From Okeania sp. (lineage in GTDB: Bacteria > Cyanobacteriota > Cyanobacteriia > Cyanobacteriales > Microcoleaceae): DNA of 32,000 bases. The first letter of the stretch is position 1; each line of letters opens with the position of its first letter. Both the position numbers and the translations under genes were made by a program. Below, one piece after another: positions 9,395 through 19,425 of the stretch. The notes below the pieces were generated by a model that worked only from the letters and a program-made list of their open reading frames with translations, was not told where the DNA came from and searched no databases. The DNA is taken from contig NZ_JAYKGW010000186.1 of the NCBI RefSeq assembly GCF_035285525.1, positions 20,671-52,670 on the forward strand. The letters are read 5' to 3'.

Positions 9395-9850
9395 CTAATT
9401 ATAAAAATACTGCTCTTCTGCTACTCTCTTCAAACGTCGTAGTTGAGCTTCCATATCTGCTTTAGTCCATGAAGCAGCAAACTGATTAAAACCAAATCTG
9501 ATTATAGAATTAGGTATCTCAAATTCAAAACGATTGAATAAACGAGTACCTTCAAGTTCAGGTTGACATTCCCAGCGATCACGACCTTGGAAAAAACCCT
9601 GAAATTCCCAAACAATTAAACCAGGTTCTCGTTCCACCACGATACTATATAAAGATGGTTCCAAAAAAGGAATATTAATAATAAATCTACTACGACTCCC
9701 GACAAAAGTATTCCAACTACCTATAGCTTCACAACGTAGCATGGGATTTAACCACTTGTGCATGAGAATGTTATCTGTAATACAACGCTCTACAGTCGTG
9801 GCACTAGCATGGATAAAAATATTTTGCTCGAAAACTTGACTAAATGGCAT
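9395..9850 (-). CDS. SRPBCC-superfamily (polyketide cyclase/dehydrase-like) protein
   Basis: 151 aa. The size and pattern (IHASATTVERCITD...W...W.C.P...GTRL...FEFE) fit SRPBCC ligand-binding folds. Confidence 0.65.
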   Translation of the reverse strand: MPFSQVFEQNIFIHASATTVERCITDNILMHKWLNPMLRCEAIGSWNTFVGSRSRFIINIPFLEPSLYSIVVEREPGLIVWEFQGFFQGRDRWECQPELEGTRLFNRFEFEIPNSIIRFGFNQFAASWTKADMEAQLRRLKRVAEEQYFYN

Positions 9851-9939
9851 AGTTACCGAAAAATTGGGTGTAAAGTCTCGCCTTTCTAGGTGGACTTTAA
9901 ATAATTGCTAATTAAAACTTACATTAACTCAAAAAAACC

Positions 9940-11577
9940 ATGAATGGCACTTGGCAAATTATTGCAAAATCAATCAATATTATGGAGCCAATCCAAGCTA
10001 ATTCGATCTTAGTTTCAGATTTTTTGGCACAAACTAATCTAAATCCACTAGAACTGTCCCAAAGTATTAATCAAGCTAGAATTTGGGACACAGTTGCAGC
10101 TATTGTAATTTTAGTTATAGGTTGGATAGTTGCTGGGATTATTGCCAGCATAATTGGTGGACTATTCAAGAAGACCAATATTGACAATAAAATTGCTGGT
10201 TGGGTTTCAGGTAATCAGGAACAAGCTCAAAGTCTAGCTGTAGAGAAATGGATATCCTCTTTGGTGTTCTGGATCGTAATGATCTTTGTTCTGATTGCTT
10301 TCTTTGACAAACTGAACCTGACAGCAGTTTCTGAACCTCTAAATGCTTTCCTTACAGAAATTACTAGCTTCTTACCTAGTATAGCTGCTGCCCTAATTTG
10401 GCTAGGTATTGCCTGGTTAATAGCAACTATAGCTAAATTAGCAGTAAACAAAGGACTTAAAACATTTGGTCTAAATGACCGTTTGAGTCAACAAGTTAGT
10501 GATGGACAATTAGACAGTCAAGTAGATATTAGCAATACCATTGCTAATGCTATTTACTGGCTGATTTTCTTGCTATTTTTACCAGCAATCTTAGAAGCTT
10601 TACAACTACAAGTTGCTCTGCAACCTGTGCAAAACATTGTAGACCAAATCTTACAAGCTCTACCTAAGATTCTCAAGGCTGTTATCCTAGTTACAGTTGG
10701 TTGGTTAATTGCTACTGTAGTCAAGAAAGTTGTTACTAATTTACTTGCTGCTACTGGTTTAGACCAAATGGGTAATAAGTTCGGTATGAGTCAAGAGAGT
10801 GGTAGTCAAAATCTTTCTGGGATTATTGGTACTTTTGTTTATGTATTGATATTAATTCCTATAGCGATCGCTGCTCTGAGTGCTTTGGATATTGAGGCTA
10901 TTACTACTCCAGCAGTGGCAATGCTTAACAATATTCTGACATTTGTTCCTAAAATCTTTGCGGCTGCTGTAGTTCTGGTTATTGCTTATTTTGTTGGTCA
11001 ATTTCTGCAAGATTTAATTACCAATCTTCTTACCAGTGTTGGTTTTAATAATCTTTTCAATTGGCTTGGTTTAAATTCAACCCCATCTAGCGATCCAAGT
11101 GCAACTGTACTTCAGAAAGAAGGTACTACTCAACGGACTCCCTCAGAAATTGCTGGTCTAGTAGCTTTTGTAGGTATTATTCTTTTTGCTACAGTTTCAG
11201 CTACTCAAATTATGCAGCTTGAAGCTTTGACTTTAATAGTCAATGTAGTAATTGGAATTGGTGGTCGGGTTTTCTATGGTTTGGTAGTTTTGGCTATAGG
11301 TCTATATTTGGCTAACCTTGCTTATAATTTAATTACCAGTTCTGGTAATTCTCAGGCTAAACTTTTAGGCCAACTTGCTCGGATTGGAATTATTGTTTTA
11401 GTCTCAGCTATGGCTCTGCAACAAATGGGTATTGCTCCTAGTATTGTTAATTTAGCTTTTGGATTGTTTATGGGAGCTATGGCAGTAGCTATTGCTTTGG
11501 CATTTGGTTTGGGAGGACGAGATATTGCTTCTTCTCAAATTCAAGATTGGTTAGAACAGTTTAAGACGAAGAAATAA
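9940..11577 (+). CDS. Polytopic membrane protein built from repeated conserved-TM-helix (MscS N-terminal-like) modules
   Basis: At least three internal repeats have the form LPKILKAVILVTVGWLIATVVKKVVTNLL...GLD / LPSIAAALIWLGIAWLIATIAKLAV..GLKTFGLN / VPKIFAAAVVLVIAYFVGQFLQDLITNLLTSVGFN. No MscS beta-domain is seen. Confidence 0.7.
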   Translation: MNGTWQIIAKSINIMEPIQANSILVSDFLAQTNLNPLELSQSINQARIWDTVAAIVILVIGWIVAGIIASIIGGLFKKTNIDNKIAGWVSGNQEQAQSLAVEKWISSLVFWIVMIFVLIAFFDKLNLTAVSEPLNAFLTEITSFLPSIAAALIWLGIAWLIATIAKLAVNKGLKTFGLNDRLSQQVSDGQLDSQVDISNTIANAIYWLIFLLFLPAILEALQLQVALQPVQNIVDQILQALPKILKAVILVTVGWLIATVVKKVVTNLLAATGLDQMGNKFGMSQESGSQNLSGIIGTFVYVLILIPIAIAALSALDIEAITTPAVAMLNNILTFVPKIFAAAVVLVIAYFVGQFLQDLITNLLTSVGFNNLFNWLGLNSTPSSDPSATVLQKEGTTQRTPSEIAGLVAFVGIILFATVSATQIMQLEALTLIVNVVIGIGGRVFYGLVVLAIGLYLANLAYNLITSSGNSQAKLLGQLARIGIIVLVSAMALQQMGIAPSIVNLAFGLFMGAMAVAIALAFGLGGRDIASSQIQDWLEQFKTKK

Positions 11578-11712
11578 GGAGTCAGCAGTTAGCGTTCAGC
11601 AGTCAGCATAATTTTTTTGGCAGAAGCCCTTGGAGGAAATTTCCACTAAAAGTTGATAGCTGATAGCTAAAAGCTAATAGCTAGTTCAAAGTTCTGTCAA
11701 AATTTTAACTCT

Positions 11713-11760
11713 GGGAGAATAGGGAAATTTTAAAATGTAACCTATTCTCCCTATTTTTAT
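11713..11760 (+). terminator. Rho-independent terminator candidate
   Basis: gggagaatagg (11713-11723) pairs perfectly with cctattctccc (11741-11751) and is followed by tatttttat. Confidence 0.5.
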
Positions 11761-13215
11761 ATCAATAGGAATGATACCACTAAATATAGCGCTTAAAACT
11801 GTAACGATCTAGTTTTTTGACTCTATATATAGTACCTACCGTGTAAGTCAGGATTTATCGCTACCTCTATAGTTACTAAATCTATAGAAAAATATTCTTT
11901 GACTTAGTTTTAATTAAGTGTTACCTTAATGGGGTGAACTACAACACCCTCTATCCCATTGCTAAAAGCGTTTGGGACTGCTTTTCGTAATATATTTAAA
12001 CTGCCATTGACATCAGCATTATATTTGACACCATTTGAAGCTTGATAAAGTCCTCTTTTCACTCGTTTACCACTAAATCTCTGTTTGACACCTTTTTGAT
12101 AAACTGGTAAATCGTCCCAATCTAAAAAACTAGCTTTTGACGTATAACTTTCTTCATTGATTATTACTTTGATTCCTACTAATTTAGCTTTGTATTTTAG
12201 TTGTTCAATTAACTTGAAAAAAGGAATTTGAACAAAATTTTGATTGTTTTTTCTTCCCAGATTTATACCTTGTTTCCAGTTAGGGTTATTTCCTATTACT
12301 AAAATTCCTATCTGGTTCTCTATGAGACGATTAATAATATATCTGCTAGTCTTATGCAAATAATCATCAATCTTTAAATTTCTTTTTGTCGATAATCTTT
12401 TGATTCGGTTACTACTTTTAGCTTCTTTTAATTCTGATTGTAGTTTACCCTTTTTCTTATTATAGAATTGATTAATTGATTTGACTGGTCTGCCGTTAAT
12501 AATAAAGGGTTGAAAACCTTTTTTATTTGATGTTACAGTCGCCAAATTATTCACTCCCAAATCTACAGAAGCTACATGATATTCTGATAAATCTAATTTG
12601 ACTTCAAGGCATTCGTAAACCACTTCTATCACATAGTAATTCAGCTTAGGAATAATCCTTACTTGTTGCAGAGAATCATAATTTATTTTACTGTCAAAAA
12701 ATAGCTCACTTTTTGATAGTAATATCTTTTTATTTTTAACTAATTGAGGTTTACTAATCGCCTGTTTTGTATAGACTAGAATATTCCTTCCTTTCTTTTT
12801 ATCTTTATATTTTGGCAGTTTGGGACGGCTTTTAAACTTACTTGGGCATTCATTATAAGCTCTTATCGCTTGAAAAAAACTTTGCCAATTTTTATCTAAA
12901 AGAATCAAAACCTGCGCTCGTAACTTTGGCTGGTATTGCTTGATAATCTACTCCCGATTGTAATAATTTTTGAACTTTTTTATAATCTAGATAATTTCCT
13001 TTATTAATAAACTCTTGTCTAACTATGTAGTTAGCCATGTTATAGAGATTTTTCGACAAGAAAGCTAGAGCATCAAGTGATTTATAATTGGGATGATTTT
13101 TTTTAATAATAGTACGTTCTACTAACTGCATTATCCCTCCTTTAAACATTTAACGAGCTATTCTGTTTTCCTTGTTCTTCTTCTGATTCCATAAAAAGGT
13201 AAAAACTCGTATCTT
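11760..13215 (-). mobile_element. TnpB-only (IS1341-like, IS200/IS605 superfamily) insertion sequence; the ends are approximate
   Basis: It contains only a TnpB/OrfB gene and no Y1 transposase gene. The non-coding flanks of roughly 85 bp (5') and roughly 150 bp (3') include a palindromic hairpin, tctatagatttagtaactataga. Confidence 0.5.
11910..13131 (-). pseudogene. tnpB: TnpB (IS605 OrfB-type RNA-guided endonuclease family), frameshifted around 12892-12908
   Basis: The two track ORFs (12892..13149 and 11910..12908) join into one TnpB-like protein: ...IPAKVTS / AQVLILLDKNWQSFFQAIRAYNECPSKFKSRPKLPKYK.... The RuvC-like D (SVDLGVNN), E (INEESYTSK) and D (NADVNGSLNI) are present. The usual CxxC...CxxC zinc finger is absent. 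Confidence 0.85.
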
Positions 13216-13253
13216 TAGGGTAATATTGTGAATAGTGTTTTGTCAAAAATCAA

Positions 13254-13991
13254 ATGGGAAATAACAATGACGAAAATCATCCATCCCGTGATGGAGAAGC
13301 TCAAAAAACAATAACTTGGACGCAGAAAAGAGAAGGACCACGCATCAATCCAAATAGCCCTCAAGAGCGGGCATACAATATAAATCCAGTTGAAAGACAG
13401 CAAAATAGTAAAGTCGTTTCAGGAAAACACGCAGGAGAACATAAGTGGTACGATCCAAGAACTGCAAGAGAGGGTTGGACTCCACCGAAAGCTGTAGGAC
13501 GAGGCCAACGTTATGTTCCTACATCTCCGTCTCAATCTGGGATTAAAAATTCTCAATCACCAAAAGGTATAAACGCTAATCTAAGTCAAGGTCAAGACCA
13601 ACCCAAAATAACAGCCTTTCGTTCGGCTAAAGCTGGTAAGAGTGAGATGGGTATTTTTAACGATTTAAGAAGATATCATCCAGAACAAAATCCAACAACC
13701 ATGCGAGAACTTGCCAAGAATACCCATCAAAGTTATCAGCAAAGGCAAAAGAGTGAAGGACAATTACAACAAAAAAATGGCTCTAAAGGCAAAGAAGAGC
13801 CAAAACAAGGTCAGAACCTCAAAAAAGGAGTTGATCAAAGTCAACAAGGTACTAGCAAATCTTCTCAACCTTCTCAACCCCCCTCTAAATCCGCTAAACC
13901 TTCAGTTAGTCAGGGAGATACAAAGAAATCAACACAGACAAAGCAACCTAGTCAAGTCTTTTTTTCTAGCCAAAGCTCAAATTGTTCGTAG
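13254..13991 (+). CDS. Hypothetical low-complexity, Q/K/S/P-rich (probably disordered) protein
   Basis: An uninterrupted 245-codon ORF is notable in AT-rich DNA. No motif is recognised. A second open frame (13711..13998) overlaps it, as expected for compositionally biased sequence. Confidence 0.4.
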   Translation: MGNNNDENHPSRDGEAQKTITWTQKREGPRINPNSPQERAYNINPVERQQNSKVVSGKHAGEHKWYDPRTAREGWTPPKAVGRGQRYVPTSPSQSGIKNSQSPKGINANLSQGQDQPKITAFRSAKAGKSEMGIFNDLRRYHPEQNPTTMRELAKNTHQSYQQRQKSEGQLQQKNGSKGKEEPKQGQNLKKGVDQSQQGTSKSSQPSQPPSKSAKPSVSQGDTKKSTQTKQPSQVFFSSQSSNCS

Positions 13992-14137
13992 TTCATAAAA
14001 ATAAAAAATGTCAGTAAATAAAAAATGTTGTAATTCTCAAGAAATACTCAAAGTTTCTGGAGATAATAATACTTCTAGATATTCAAATTGTACAGAACTT
14101 ACACCAAAGATATAGAAAGATTTCTTATCCTCCTTAC

Positions 14138-15583
14138 TTATTCTTGCCTATTGCCTTTTTCAAAACTAGAATCTTTAATTTTCAACTTATTAATTAACTC
14201 ATCTTTAATCCGACTCATAATCGAATTTTCATCCAAAGATTCCAAGATATTATTCACCACAGCTTTCGGACCTTCCTCTCCCCAAGATGCACCATTAGCA
14301 AGATATGTTTTAGTTATTTGCCCTATTCCATAAGATGATAAACCTCCCACTGCTGCTTGAGTCACTGCTACAGACAAATAGGGTGCTAAAGATAACCCAC
14401 CAGTCACAGGTGCAGCTAAACCCAATAATCCTTTCACAGAACTTAATCCCAAATTTGCTAATAATTCACCAGCAGTTATACCACCCATACTAATAGCTAT
14501 CTTTTGTAATAAATCTACTGCTCCAGTTTGGCTCATCTTGATACCATATAACTTAGATAAAGTCAATATCATAGCCACATCAATTATCGCCCCAGTGAGA
14601 ATATCTACCACAGTTACAGGATTAAGAGCGATCGCCATTGCCTTAGTCATTACTCCCCTCCAAATAACCCCATCTGCACTTTGGGAGCGAATTTCCATTT
14701 TCCGGCGTACCAACTGGTCATTCACATCATCAGCATAGAGCATACTATTGAGTGCCACTAAAGACTTACCTTCTCGTTCTAAAATTTCTAATATTTTCAG
14801 TTTTAAATCCTCTATTTGAGGTTCGCCTCTTACCATCTCTACCTTAAGACTACCATCGGGACGTTGCACCGCTTTAGCGACGAGAGGAGAAGCAGCAGCC
14901 ATAACTATTTCATTTGGTGAAAGTAACTCACGGACTCGTTCATCACGAATTTTATTATATATGGCTAACCTATCTGCTTCTGGATATTGGTCTATTTTGT
15001 TAAACACCAGTAAAATTGGTTTACCAGCATCTCGCAGGAAAGAAAGAGCTTCATATTCTACTTGAGTAATATCTCCTGCTACAGCAAATAAAAGTAAATC
15101 TGCCTGTTTTGCAACTTGGCGAGCCATTAATTCTCTAGTTTTTCCATCTACCTCATCTATACCAGGAGTATCAATTAATTCAACTTGAGATATTCTATAG
15201 GAAGTTAGAGAATTTGTAGAAGGTGATTCTATTTCAGTTAAATTATTTTTTCCTAATTCCCATTGTTTAATTGTAGTGGTTTTAGTCACACCATGAATCG
15301 GACCTGTGGCAAATACTTTTTCTCCTAATAAAGCATTAAGAAGAGAAGATTTACCTCTACCAACCATGCCAAATACAGCAATATAAACAGAAGCTTTTTC
15401 TAACTTTTCTAACATTGATTCTAACCCAGAAATTTCTGAGTCTAAACCTACTTTTTCTTCTGGAGTTAAATCGAGATTAGTTACTATTTCTTTCAGAGCA
15501 TCTTTAGCGTCACAGATATTAAGTTCGGCTTGAATATCAGTAAAACTTGAGATTGTTTTTTCTAGTTCTTTATCTAAATTCAT
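14138..15583 (-). CDS. GTP-binding protein with a C-terminal DUF697-type membrane domain
   Basis: P-loop GMVGRGKSSLLNALLG, G3 DTPGIDE and G4 NKID are present. The glycine-rich hydrophobic C-terminal half (AIALNPVTVVDILTGAIIDVAMILTLSKLYG) is typical of DUF697. Confidence 0.85.
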   Translation of the reverse strand: MNLDKELEKTISSFTDIQAELNICDAKDALKEIVTNLDLTPEEKVGLDSEISGLESMLEKLEKASVYIAVFGMVGRGKSSLLNALLGEKVFATGPIHGVTKTTTIKQWELGKNNLTEIESPSTNSLTSYRISQVELIDTPGIDEVDGKTRELMARQVAKQADLLLFAVAGDITQVEYEALSFLRDAGKPILLVFNKIDQYPEADRLAIYNKIRDERVRELLSPNEIVMAAASPLVAKAVQRPDGSLKVEMVRGEPQIEDLKLKILEILEREGKSLVALNSMLYADDVNDQLVRRKMEIRSQSADGVIWRGVMTKAMAIALNPVTVVDILTGAIIDVAMILTLSKLYGIKMSQTGAVDLLQKIAISMGGITAGELLANLGLSSVKGLLGLAAPVTGGLSLAPYLSVAVTQAAVGGLSSYGIGQITKTYLANGASWGEEGPKAVVNNILESLDENSIMSRIKDELINKLKIKDSSFEKGNRQE

Positions 15584-15590
15584 TTTAATA

Positions 15591-15677
15591 GTTAATAATG
15601 GATAATTAGGGCTTGCTGATTAAATTTAACAGTCTTAAAAGATAAAGGTTTTAGACTTTTTTTAGTCCTGAAAAAGG
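15591..15677. repeat. Partial copy of the 4341-4602 MITE (left end only)
   Basis: gttaataatggataattagggcttgctgattaaat...gataaaggt...tttttagtcctgaaaaaggg aligns with 4341-4425. Confidence 0.55.
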
Positions 15678-15695
15678 GCGGATTTCAGCATCCCT

Positions 15696-15763
15696 GTAGG
15701 GGCGGGTCTGGTCAGTAAGTTAACGAGTCTTCATGTTAAGGTAGCTAGACCCGCCCCCACTAC
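15696..15763. repeat. Long GC-rich hairpin (dispersed gtaggggc-type repeat)
   Basis: gtaggggcgggtct (15696-15709) pairs with agacccgcccccactac (15747-15763). Confidence 0.55.
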
Positions 15764-15813
15764 AGCAGAGTGTAGAGGGTTTGGAGACTAAACCCCTACT
15801 CCCTACTCCCTTT

Positions 15814-17109
15814 TTAATGAAGAAAAGATAAATCAATCTTGCCAAAATTTGTACTTAAAGCAACTTGTGTATTTTCTAATGCTTTCACCAGCCAAATTAC
15901 TCCATCTCTGGTAGAGCTTTCATAATGATTAAATAGTATTGCAAATCTCTTTTCCAAGTATGGCTTAACTTTATGACAAACCAAAACTATTTTTAGAAGG
16001 AGACAAGTAGTTGCGATGGGACCTATATTCGACATTAGATTAAGAAATAAAAAATGCTGTGGTTTTTGAACGCTTTCGACAACTAAAAACCCTAATATTT
16101 GGTCACAGGTTCTCATCAGTAAAAAATCGTTAAATGGTTTATCATTATTATGAGGCATAGTATTTTTTAATTGTTTATATAATTTGTTTTTAAACTGATA
16201 ACTAAAGCTCCTAGAATCTGCATTAAATGATGTACTCAAGTATTGATAAAAACTATCTTTAAAGCAACTATAGGACTGAATTTGTTTTGTATAAGTTATG
16301 AAACTTTTAGCATAATCTTGGTAGTTATAACCATTTTCAACTTTGCCGACAAATTGTTTAATAGCTGATAAGAGTTCTCGATCGTTTAAAAGAGTAGGAT
16401 TTTGAATTTTGTTGAGATTTTGACAACTAGATTGTGTCAACTCTGAAGTAGTTATTATCCCATGTCTAATTTGATAAGTCACATAGTGGGATAAGTCTAT
16501 TTCAAATTTTTTCTGCTCTTGTCGTTGGATTTTTCTAATAGCTTTTTGATGTTCATAGCTATTGTCTGAAGTAATTAAACAATGTTGGTATAGGTAAGGA
16601 TAACGTGGAATTAGAGTTCTTAAAGGTTGAGCTAAAGCACTATGACTATTTCTATAACTTCTTCCTTCTTGGTTAATTACTTCTGCTAAACGTTTTAAAG
16701 CTAAATATTGCTGACTTGTTGTGAATGTTTGAACTAGGTCAAATAGTTTTTTACTATTCCGCGAACCGTAGTAAGGTGGCATTGATTTATTACTGATTTT
16801 ATCAAATAATTTAATTAAGTCTAGCAATACATCTTTTTTATAGATATAGCGCTCTCTATTAATAACAATATAACAACAGCGATTTAGAATGAAATTAAAT
16901 TCTTCTTGATTTTGTAATAATGGGATAATTTTTATTAGTGCTTTAGCTACTTTTTGATCGGGATATCCAGAACTATTAAGAAATAAAATCCTAAATCTTT
17001 CAATTATTTCTTCTGATGATTCTATATCTATTAACTGAAGAAAATGGTTATAGATATATTGCTCATAATGAGATTTATTTTGTTTATATTCATCTAGAGA
17101 GTTTTTCAT
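15814..17109 (-). CDS. Hypothetical protein, 431 aa
   Basis: A long uninterrupted ORF in AT-rich DNA. No family is recognised. Confidence 0.65.
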   Translation of the reverse strand: MKNSLDEYKQNKSHYEQYIYNHFLQLIDIESSEEIIERFRILFLNSSGYPDQKVAKALIKIIPLLQNQEEFNFILNRCCYIVINRERYIYKKDVLLDLIKLFDKISNKSMPPYYGSRNSKKLFDLVQTFTTSQQYLALKRLAEVINQEGRSYRNSHSALAQPLRTLIPRYPYLYQHCLITSDNSYEHQKAIRKIQRQEQKKFEIDLSHYVTYQIRHGIITTSELTQSSCQNLNKIQNPTLLNDRELLSAIKQFVGKVENGYNYQDYAKSFITYTKQIQSYSCFKDSFYQYLSTSFNADSRSFSYQFKNKLYKQLKNTMPHNNDKPFNDFLLMRTCDQILGFLVVESVQKPQHFLFLNLMSNIGPIATTCLLLKIVLVCHKVKPYLEKRFAILFNHYESSTRDGVIWLVKALENTQVALSTNFGKIDLSFLH

Positions 17110-17146
17110 TTTATAGATGTTGGAATTTAGTTTTTTATCAGCATTT

Positions 17147-17325
17147 AGCTATAGCAATCCCATTTAAGTCGTTTACAAAATTTCGTTGCTTTTAGGATAG
17201 GCAAAAGGAAATGGTGAAAAATGAATAGGCGGGAATTTTAGTTTTTTTTATTTACTTTTTAATTGGTTACATAAGTATTTCCTGCTGAATCCTTACGTTA
17301 CAACTTATTTAGGATTGCTATATTA
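17147..17325. repeat. Inverted-repeat pair (MITE-like or regulatory) just upstream of the 431-aa gene
   Basis: agctatagcaatcccatttaagt (17147-17169) matches acttatttaggattgctatatta (17303-17325) at 17/23, with an 11-nt perfect core, ggattgctata. Confidence 0.35.
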
Positions 17326-17902
17326 ACCGTCAGTTCTCAAAAATAAAACTTTGCTTTTGTAGTAAGATTTAAGTTAATCTTAATAGCAGCTCAAGTAATA
17401 GTTGATTACTTAGGTTTTGTTGTATTCCATTACCCTGATATATAGGAAAAATAACTAATATTGAGTTTTGAGATAGCTGTCTGTAGGATTTCTTACAAAC
17501 AGGGCTATTTTACTTACTAAAGATAGTTTCTTCCTCAAAAGAAATTATATCGCAATTTTATTTCAAGTGGTTAATCAAAGTTTTCTAAGTTTTCCTGACT
17601 TATGGAAACTAGCACCTGTTCCCTACTTGCCACCAGCACCAAAAATATTCTCTAGAACTTTTGATTTCGGTGTATGTCATAGCGTGCCAAAATACTTTTT
17701 TTCTTATCCCCTATTCCCTCCATACCTATTCCCTGTCTTGGTCGATTAGATATGGTCAGGAAACTTGACCATCTTTCGACCGCTTTTCCCTAAAAGCGAT
17801 AAATTTTTGGCTTTCTGTAAAATTGAGATTTACCCTTTAATTTTGCCTTTAAACCCCAAAAAATAATTTGAGTTCAACAATAACAAATATTCTTATATAA
17901 TT

Positions 17903-19345
17903 ATGACAAATATTTCAGGAGAACTACCAATAACTATGGTTTGTCATATTACTTTACTCCAACTGACTAAAATATTAACTTCTACAACACTTACAGGTTT
18001 TGATGTTCCAGAAAAAACATTAATTACAGGTATAAATACAGATACTCGTAGTTTAAAATCTGGTGAAGGATTTTTAGCATTACAGGGTGAAAACTTTGAT
18101 GGTCATAATTTTGTTAAGCAAGCAATCGAAAAGGAAGCTGGTTGTATAATTGTTGAACAAGAATATATCTTAAATAATGAAGTTAAAGAACTATCAAAGA
18201 ATATACCTATATTACAAGTAGAAAATACTTTAAAAGCTTATCAAAAAATTGCTCGTTGGTGGCGAGATAGATTTGATATTCCTGTAATTTCTATCACAGG
18301 TTCTGTAGGTAAAACTACTACTAAGGAATTAATCGCTGCAGTTTTGGGAACTCAAGGTCAAGTTATCAAAACTGAAGCTAATTATAATAATGAAATAGGT
18401 GTACCTAAAACTCTATTACGACTTTCTGATAATGATAATTATGCGGTGATAGAAATGGCAATGCGAGGACCTGAAGAAATTGCAGAATTAACAAATATTG
18501 CTAATCCAACTATTGGTTTAATTACAAATGTTGGTACTGCTCATATTGGTCGTTTAGGTTCTGTGGAAGCGATCGCTAAAGCTAAGTGTGAGTTATTAAG
18601 AGAAATGTCTCAGGATAGTATTGCGATTCTAAATTATGATAATAAAAGGTTGATAGAAACTGCTGCTAAATTTTGGTCTGGAGAAACTTTTACTTATGGT
18701 TTAGAAGGTGGAGATTTACAAGGAAAATTAATTGATTCTCAAACTATAAATGTTGATGGTTTAGATTTACCTTTACCTTTATCTGGCAGTCATAATGCTT
18801 CTAATTATTTAGCAGCATTAGCAGTGTTGAAAGTTTTGCATGGAAAAAATATTTCGACAAAAAATTTATTTGAACCTTTGACTAATAATTTCTCAGTTCA
18901 GTTACCAGGAAGTAGGGCAAAAAAATATGATTTAGACAATGATATTGTGATTTTAGATGAAAGTTATAATGCTGGATTAGAATCAATGATAGCTGCTTTA
19001 AATTTATTAGCTGAAACTCCAGGTAAACGTCATATTGCTGTTTTGGGAACTATGAAAGAATTAGGAGATCAATCAGTTTTATTCCATGAACAAGTTGGCA
19101 ATGTTGTGAGAAATTTAAAGATAGATGGTTTATTTATTTTAGCTGATTTTGAAGAAGGAAAAGCAATCGTTAAAGGTGCTGCTGGTTTAAAATTTATAGA
19201 AGTAGAAAATATTGCTGCTGATGATGCTCACCAGAATTTAGCTAGACATTTACAAGAGTTTTTAAGAGCAGGCGATCGAGTTCTTTTTAAAGCTTCTAAT
19301 GCTGTAGGGTTAAATAAAGTAGTCGAACTTTTAATTAATAAGTAA
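17903..19345 (+). CDS. murF: UDP-N-acetylmuramoyl-tripeptide--D-alanyl-D-alanine ligase
   Basis: The motifs DTRSLKSGEGFLALQGENFDGHNF, ITGSVGKTTTKELIAAVL, NYNNEIGVPKTLL and DESYNA form a typical MurF set. Confidence 0.95.
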   Translation: MTNISGELPITMVCHITLLQLTKILTSTTLTGFDVPEKTLITGINTDTRSLKSGEGFLALQGENFDGHNFVKQAIEKEAGCIIVEQEYILNNEVKELSKNIPILQVENTLKAYQKIARWWRDRFDIPVISITGSVGKTTTKELIAAVLGTQGQVIKTEANYNNEIGVPKTLLRLSDNDNYAVIEMAMRGPEEIAELTNIANPTIGLITNVGTAHIGRLGSVEAIAKAKCELLREMSQDSIAILNYDNKRLIETAAKFWSGETFTYGLEGGDLQGKLIDSQTINVDGLDLPLPLSGSHNASNYLAALAVLKVLHGKNISTKNLFEPLTNNFSVQLPGSRAKKYDLDNDIVILDESYNAGLESMIAALNLLAETPGKRHIAVLGTMKELGDQSVLFHEQVGNVVRNLKIDGLFILADFEEGKAIVKGAAGLKFIEVENIAADDAHQNLARHLQEFLRAGDRVLFKASNAVGLNKVVELLINK

Positions 19346-19360
19346 TATATTTTCTGTAGC

Positions 19361-19377
19361 ACAGGCATCTTGCCTGT
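19361..19377. repeat. Short hairpin acaggca-tct-tgcctgt after murF
   Basis: A 7-bp perfect stem. A related hairpin, acaagcaagatgcttgt, is at about 24186-24202. No T-tract follows. Confidence 0.4.
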
Positions 19378-19425
19378 CATGGGTGTATCTTATCTGAAAC
19401 ACCCTGCAACATTAAATCCATTAAA

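Noticed and set aside
10227-10451. Minus-strand 74-aa ORF inside the TM-helix-repeat gene
   Set aside because: It is an antisense shadow ORF, and the plus-strand gene has an internally repeated membrane architecture.
13215-13403. Minus-strand 62-aa ORF, and the plus-strand 13711..13998 95-aa ORF
   Set aside because: Both overlap the longer 13254..13991 frame in compositionally biased DNA. There is no independent support.
14088-14738. Plus-strand ORFs 14088..14333 and 14538..14738
   Set aside because: They are antisense to the GTPase-DUF697 gene, which has complete G-motifs.
17567-17749. Plus-strand 60-aa ORF in the murF upstream region
   Set aside because: It runs through heptamer-like repeats (ctattcc...), has a proline-rich, repeat-driven translation, and has no start context.
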